From: Gammaproteobacteria bacterium
GTDB taxonomy: Bacteria > Pseudomonadota > Gammaproteobacteria > UBA1113
Reading direction: 5' to 3'
DNA: 52,472 nt
NCBI GenBank assembly: GCA_009885935.1
Contig: VFJT01000028.1
Location: forward strand, 1 to 52,472
The position numbers were made by a program, and so were the translations under genes. Shown in pieces: positions 48,566 through 52,472 of this stretch. Every line of letters begins with the position of its first letter. The first letter of the stretch is position 1. Under the pieces are notes generated by a model. The model was not told the origin of the DNA and made no database searches. It saw only the letters and a program-made list of their open reading frames with translations.

Positions 48566-50662
48566 ATGGGAAAAAGAGATCCGCACAATAATAATGCAGA
48601 ACGTGTAGCACGGCACCGAGAAACAACGGGTACATATCCCCCACAAGCAGATCAAGATAACTTTATGTTTCTGGCCAAAGGAAATGGCAGTGTCAATTTG
48701 ACAGCGCTATTCTTGCTGGGATTAGTGGCAAGCGGTGCATTGATAGACGGCGTTAGTGCTGCTACGACTACTCCGCCGAATCGAGGTGCTAGAGCTAAAT
48801 CGAATACTCCTAGAATAACTGCTCATAATGCAACTCAAGTTCAAACCAGTTCAACTCCAATCAATGGACTTCCACCACAAGTAACGGCAAAACCGCAAGC
48901 CGCAAGTGTTATTGTCCCTGATTCTACTCAAGCTTCTAAGAAGATCAACAAAAGAAAAACCTCAAATGTATTTAATACCGCTAATATCAATGGCGTAAAC
49001 GGGCATATATGGGCATTAGAAAAACCTGCTCAAGGATTTAAAAGTGATACCACGGGTGTAGCTGTATCCTTAATTGCAGATGGAAACGGCAATCTCAATT
49101 TAATAGGCAGTTCTCCGGACAGTACTACCAAGCACCCTAATGGACAAGTCAATATGGCTTATGCAATTGATACCACTAGCGGCTCTACGCAAGAAACTTT
49201 ATCGGGTACGGCTTTTACCAGTAGCAGCTCTAAACGCATTGGCATTCAGATCAGTCAAGGCGATTTTAATGGAGATGGGATCCAGGACTTCGTTATTCAA
49301 GCGGGCGGTTCTAAAGTAGATGATCCTAGGACTGTTTTTATGGTATTTGGTAATAAGAATGGCCTACCAGAAAATGTGGATCTAGATACTATGCCACAAG
49401 GCACAGGGGTTAAAATCACACAAACTCACACAGATGGCTCTCCAGTTCTCTTGGGTAAAAATGCGGCATCCATAGGAGATCCCGATGGCAGTGGCTATGA
49501 TAAAATTGCAATTCCTAATTGTGTGGATCCAACTGAAGAAGATGGCCCCTCTGACAGTGTGTGCATTCTCAATGGACGACCTACTACTGAATGGCCCGCT
49601 AATTATGATCTAGATCAACTTGCTAACGATGATGAAGGTACGGTTATTCGATCATTAATTCATAATGGCCTCGCAGTCTATCACCCCTTTTCTTTACCCA
49701 ATGTAACGGGTAATGGTATGGATGGTTTTGCTATAGCTTCTCCTTACGATACCTTCGATATCCACAAATTCTATGAAGGCGTTTTCAATATATTTTACCC
49801 AAACCCGAACGGGTTTCCTAAAGTCGTAGCCGATCCAGATAGATTTCTCAAGAATGGTGGCGGAACTGTACTGACAGGTGGTGAGCCTCACGCTTATGTA
49901 GGAATGGCCAGTACAACAGATTTTACCACTGTAGACGGGACTCCTGCTATAGCAGTTGGCGCTCCTCAAGCAAAAGGTTTTGGACCAGGTAAAGTCTACG
50001 TGGTTAAAACACCCATACAGAATACCATCACAGAGTCACCTTTTAATTTAAAAGAGCTAACCCCTGAGCAAGGCCTGGTTATGCCCGGACAATGTGATGG
50101 TGATCTAACGGGACGTCAATTGGCGCCAGGACTTACTTTTGTCGATGATACAACGAATACTCTAGTGGTCGGTACCGGAAAAGGTAAAGTCTATATAGCA
50201 AAAGTAGGTGAACCCAATTCAGAGAATGAAATTCCATTAAGTCCAGAAAACCCGGAAGTGATGACCGTAATAGGAAAGCCAGGTGCATTTGGTGATGAGT
50301 TAGGTAGATCTATGGATAGCGCTATAGATCCTAAGACAAATACAACCGTCATTGCACTGGGCGCACCGGGTGCAGCAGATGGTGGGAATATTGTCACCTT
50401 GAATGGCGGCCAAGAATTTCCATTATCTGCTGAGGATTTAAGCTGCTCTACTCCAACTCCTAGCCCAACCACCAATACCCCATCTCCAGCAGGCAACCAT
50501 GATGACGGCAGCAATGTTGGCAAATGGATAGGCGCTACTATTGGTGCAGGCGCTGTTATAGCCGCGATTGGCTTTTTTGCTTATAAGAGGGGCGCTTGCC
50601 GTAACCCTGAAGAAATGAGCGAAAGCTCTCAGCTATTACCATCGCCTATTAACTCACATTAA
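48566..50662 (+). CDS. Integrin-alpha-like FG-GAP beta-propeller protein with N-terminal signal anchor, Pro/Thr stalk and C-terminal TM anchor
   Basis: About 7 FG-GAP-like blades are visible (GDFNGDGIQDFVI, GDPDGSGYDKIAI, TGNGMDGFAIASP, AIAVGAPQAKGFGPGKVYVV, FGDELG...VIALGAPGAADGG). The stalk is TPTPSPTTNTPSP. The TM segment is WIGATIGAGAVIAAIGFFAY, followed by KRG. A Shine-Dalgarno gagggga is present. Confidence 0.75.
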   Translation: MGKRDPHNNNAERVARHRETTGTYPPQADQDNFMFLAKGNGSVNLTALFLLGLVASGALIDGVSAATTTPPNRGARAKSNTPRITAHNATQVQTSSTPINGLPPQVTAKPQAASVIVPDSTQASKKINKRKTSNVFNTANINGVNGHIWALEKPAQGFKSDTTGVAVSLIADGNGNLNLIGSSPDSTTKHPNGQVNMAYAIDTTSGSTQETLSGTAFTSSSSKRIGIQISQGDFNGDGIQDFVIQAGGSKVDDPRTVFMVFGNKNGLPENVDLDTMPQGTGVKITQTHTDGSPVLLGKNAASIGDPDGSGYDKIAIPNCVDPTEEDGPSDSVCILNGRPTTEWPANYDLDQLANDDEGTVIRSLIHNGLAVYHPFSLPNVTGNGMDGFAIASPYDTFDIHKFYEGVFNIFYPNPNGFPKVVADPDRFLKNGGGTVLTGGEPHAYVGMASTTDFTTVDGTPAIAVGAPQAKGFGPGKVYVVKTPIQNTITESPFNLKELTPEQGLVMPGQCDGDLTGRQLAPGLTFVDDTTNTLVVGTGKGKVYIAKVGEPNSENEIPLSPENPEVMTVIGKPGAFGDELGRSMDSAIDPKTNTTVIALGAPGAADGGNIVTLNGGQEFPLSAEDLSCSTPTPSPTTNTPSPAGNHDDGSNVGKWIGATIGAGAVIAAIGFFAYKRGACRNPEEMSESSQLLPSPINSH

Positions 50663-50682
50663 CCGACTGAAATTTTAATCCT

Positions 50683-50715
50683 GTAAAGACGCAATTTATC
50701 GCGTCTTTACTTTTT
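50683..50715 (+). terminator. Rho-independent terminator
   Basis: A 10-bp stem gtaaagacgc/gcgtctttac with an 8-nt loop, followed by TTTTT. Confidence 0.85.
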
Positions 50716-50733
50716 ACATACCTTTTACATACC
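50712..50733 (+). repeat. Perfect 11-bp tandem duplication (ttttacatacc x2) upstream of the pilin gene
   Basis: Read directly from the sequence. Confidence 0.7.
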
Positions 50734-50791
50734 TCTTGCCTAACTCCCTGTTTTGTCATAAGCTAATGCAAAATAAGGAGTACTCTTCAAT

Positions 50792-51196
50792 ATGAAATAC
50801 CGTCATCCTGGTTTTACCCTGATTGAACTCATGATTGTCATTGTCATCGTCGCTATTTTGGCAAGCATTGCCTATCCCAGTTATACCGCTTATGTAGAAC
50901 GCGGCAAACGCAGTGATGGACAAAGTGCCCTGTTGGATTTATCCAATCGTATGGATCACTATTTTAGCGAAAACAGAAGTTATATAGGCGCTACTTTAGC
51001 CCAGCTGGGCGTAAAAGAAACGTCGCCAGAAGGTTATTATAATTTGAGTATTAGCAACCTTTCAGGTAATACCTACACGGCCAGTGCCGAGCCCCTAAGC
51101 GCGCAAAGCAGCGATAATTGCGGCACCTTAACCCTTAATCAATTGGGGCAGCGCGGCTTCACAGGCGCTAGTGTCACTTTGGCAGAGTGTTGGTAA
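50792..51196 (+). CDS. pilE: Type IV pilin (PilE/PilA-like)
   Basis: Prepilin leader MKYRHPG followed by FTLIELMIVIVIVAILA. A C-terminal Cys pair is present (NCG....ECW). Confidence 0.88.
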   Translation: MKYRHPGFTLIELMIVIVIVAILASIAYPSYTAYVERGKRSDGQSALLDLSNRMDHYFSENRSYIGATLAQLGVKETSPEGYYNLSISNLSGNTYTASAEPLSAQSSDNCGTLTLNQLGQRGFTGASVTLAECW

Positions 51197-51200
51197 TACT

Positions 51201-51968
51201 ATGATCCTTTGTTTAGATGTAGGCAATTCACATTTATTCGCCGGCGTCTTTGCCGACGATACTGTATTGTTTCGTTTTCGTTATGGCACACAACCCTCAG
51301 CAACTTCAGATGAAATCGGCGTGTTTTTAAAAGCCGTGTTGCGTGAAAATAATGTTACCGCTGATGCCATAACCAACATTGCCATTTCTTCAGTGGTGCC
51401 CAGTCTAGATTATTCCGTGCGCAGTGCTTGCATTAAATATTTTGGCATTGAGCCTTTCATACTACAAGCGGGTATCAAAACGGGTTTAAACATTCAGTAT
51501 CGTAATCCGCTGGAAGTCGGTAGTGATCGCATTGCCAATAGCATTGCCGCCACGCATTTATACCCTAATCAAGATATCATTGTTGTTGATTTAGGCACCA
51601 CCACTCATTTTTGTGTGCTAAGCCGCCATAAAGAATTCAAGGGTGGCTTGATTATGCCCGGTATACGGCTTGCCGCTGAAAGTTTACAAAATAATACGGC
51701 AAAATTGTTTCCGGTAGAGATTGTTAAACCACAGCACATCATTGGCCGCAGTACGATAGAAAATATTCAAGCTGGTTTATATTTTAGCCAATGGGCAACC
51801 ATTCAGGAAGTCCATAGACGAGTCACTACCGATATATTTCAAGGCAATAAACCCTTGTTACTAGGCACGGGCGGGTTTTCAACTTTATTCGACGATGGTT
51901 TATTTGATCATATTGAGACCGATCTGATACTGCACGGTTTGCGCATTGCGTTACAAATGAATCGTTAA
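51201..51968 (+). CDS. coaX: Type III pantothenate kinase
   Basis: MILCLDVGNSH, VVDLGTTT and the overall Baf/CoaX layout. I trimmed the start to ATG 51201. Confidence 0.88.
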   Translation: MILCLDVGNSHLFAGVFADDTVLFRFRYGTQPSATSDEIGVFLKAVLRENNVTADAITNIAISSVVPSLDYSVRSACIKYFGIEPFILQAGIKTGLNIQYRNPLEVGSDRIANSIAATHLYPNQDIIVVDLGTTTHFCVLSRHKEFKGGLIMPGIRLAAESLQNNTAKLFPVEIVKPQHIIGRSTIENIQAGLYFSQWATIQEVHRRVTTDIFQGNKPLLLGTGGFSTLFDDGLFDHIETDLILHGLRIALQMNR

Positions 51969-51971
51969 AAG

Positions 51972-52000
51972 AAAAAAGGGTGGTTAAAACAAAACCACCC
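51972..52000. terminator. Bidirectional hairpin terminator
   Basis: gggtggtt-aaaacaa-aaccaccc. On the plus strand it is followed by only TTT. On the minus strand it is followed by TTTTTTCTTTT. Confidence 0.7.
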
Positions 52001-52106
52001 TTTCCCCGCCCTGCGTACTCCTAGCAGTGCTTTTGCCGCTTTTATCCTTAAGCAATCCACTTCCTTTGGACCCGGCACATCCTGTACACCATCCCAGGAT
52101 AGAGCA
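51972..52106 (-). ncRNA. Candidate small RNA (about 135 nt), function unknown
   Basis: A minus-strand TATAAT lies at 52118-52113. The region has no credible ORF. A predicted closing helix pairs GCUUUGC..UAUCCU with AGGAUA..GCAAAAGC, and there are internal hairpins. The candidate ends at the strong minus-strand terminator. Confidence 0.25.
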
Positions 52107-52233
52107 AAGCCCATTATAGTGCAAATCAGAAACCCTACACGAAATAGCATTATTTTCCATATAAATCAATGAATTATATGTACAGCTTGGTTTAATCGCA
52201 CTTTATTTTAAGAAATTTCGTATAAACAAAATA

Positions 52234-52303
52234 TGTGTAAATCCAGTTGAATTATTTTTACACAAAACTTATCCACAGAATCTGTGGATAAACATGTGGA
52301 TGA
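52234..52303. promoter_or_regulatory. DnaA-box cluster
   Basis: Perfect TTATCCACA at 52269-52277 and its perfect inverted copy TGTGGATAA at 52283-52291. TGTGGATGA (52295-52303) and TTTTACACA (52256-52264) each match 8/9. TGTGTAAAT (52234-52242) matches 7/9. AT-rich DNA lies on the left. Confidence 0.45.
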
Positions 52304-52462
52304 TTGAGGTGAAACAACGATACAGTATTTGAAATGAACGGTATTGTCTACTATTCCTAGCACATATGTTAGCCCAAAGTAGTAATGTCCGGTTTGTCCC
52401 AAGTTAAAATGTCCGCTTTTAGCAGAGGCTGGGATATAAATAATGACCAATCGGAGATATAT

Positions 52463-52472
52463 AATGAGCGAG
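52463..52472 (+). CDS. 5' end of an unidentified CDS (MSE...), truncated by the window edge
   Basis: An ATG preceded by a Shine-Dalgarno ggaga at 6 nt. Only 3 codons are visible. Confidence 0.3.

Noticed and set aside
50754-50770. Sigma54 promoter upstream of the pilin gene (TGTCAT-N-ATGCA)
   Set aside because: The -24 GG is GT, and the GG-to-GC spacing is off by one. This is not a credible RpoN site.
52057-52075. SRP (4.5S) RNA domain-IV-like hairpin, CCGGGUCC-AAA-GGAAGUGG on the minus strand
   Set aside because: It shares GGUCC..GGAAG with the SRP motif. However, it lacks the GNRA (GGAA) tetraloop, the AGCA side of the symmetric loop, and the flanking conserved helices. The resemblance is judged coincidental.
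52208-52450. 80-aa minus-strand ORF
   Set aside because: It spans the DnaA-box cluster and AT-rich DNA. It has an implausible composition and no Shine-Dalgarno. The 61-aa ORFs at 51965-52169 were rejected for the same reasons.

Overview
This is a 52.5-kb chromosomal window from a moderately AT-rich gammaproteobacterium. Gene content and synteny point to a Legionellales/Coxiellaceae-like, host-associated lineage, but that is an inference from memory and not a database hit. The supporting blocks are ahpC-grxD-sodB, ndk-rlmN-pilW-rodZ-hisS-yfgM-bamB-der, aceE-aceF-lpdA, ampD-ampE, Rrf2-sufBCDS-sufU-sufT-Rieske, ligA, rdgC and pilin-coaX, plus an ankyrin-repeat protein and a histone H1-like protein. 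Most of the window is densely packed housekeeping genes. Many ORF-track starts are too long and were trimmed to an ATG or GTG with a Shine-Dalgarno sequence. Four things stand out. (1) A GC-rich double-hairpin REP/BIME-like family has 9 copies and compensatory stem covariation. One half-copy is translated in frame inside the aceF (E2) linker. (2) About 112-bp MITE-like elements occur three times, sharing a 31-bp core but carrying different inverted termini. (3) An AT-rich accessory island (about 30957-36200, all genes on the minus strand) lies between glpK and the suf operon. It holds an ankyrin protein, a guanine deaminase with a signal-peptide-like N-terminus, a decayed ParDE remnant, an orphan zinc-ribbon/DUF4145-like protein bracketed by MITEs, and an intact HigB/HigA-type cassette bracketed by 70-bp direct repeats. 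(4) The remaining oddities are an integrin-alpha-like FG-GAP propeller protein with a GFFxxKR tail, a second decayed toxin with an intact antitoxin, and a 490-bp non-coding right end with a candidate sRNA and a DnaA-box cluster. I saw no rRNA, tRNA, CRISPR array, transposase or integrase gene. No single candidate is clearly a complete novel multi-gene system. The best candidates are the MITE/direct-repeat-bracketed island modules and the integrin-like protein.
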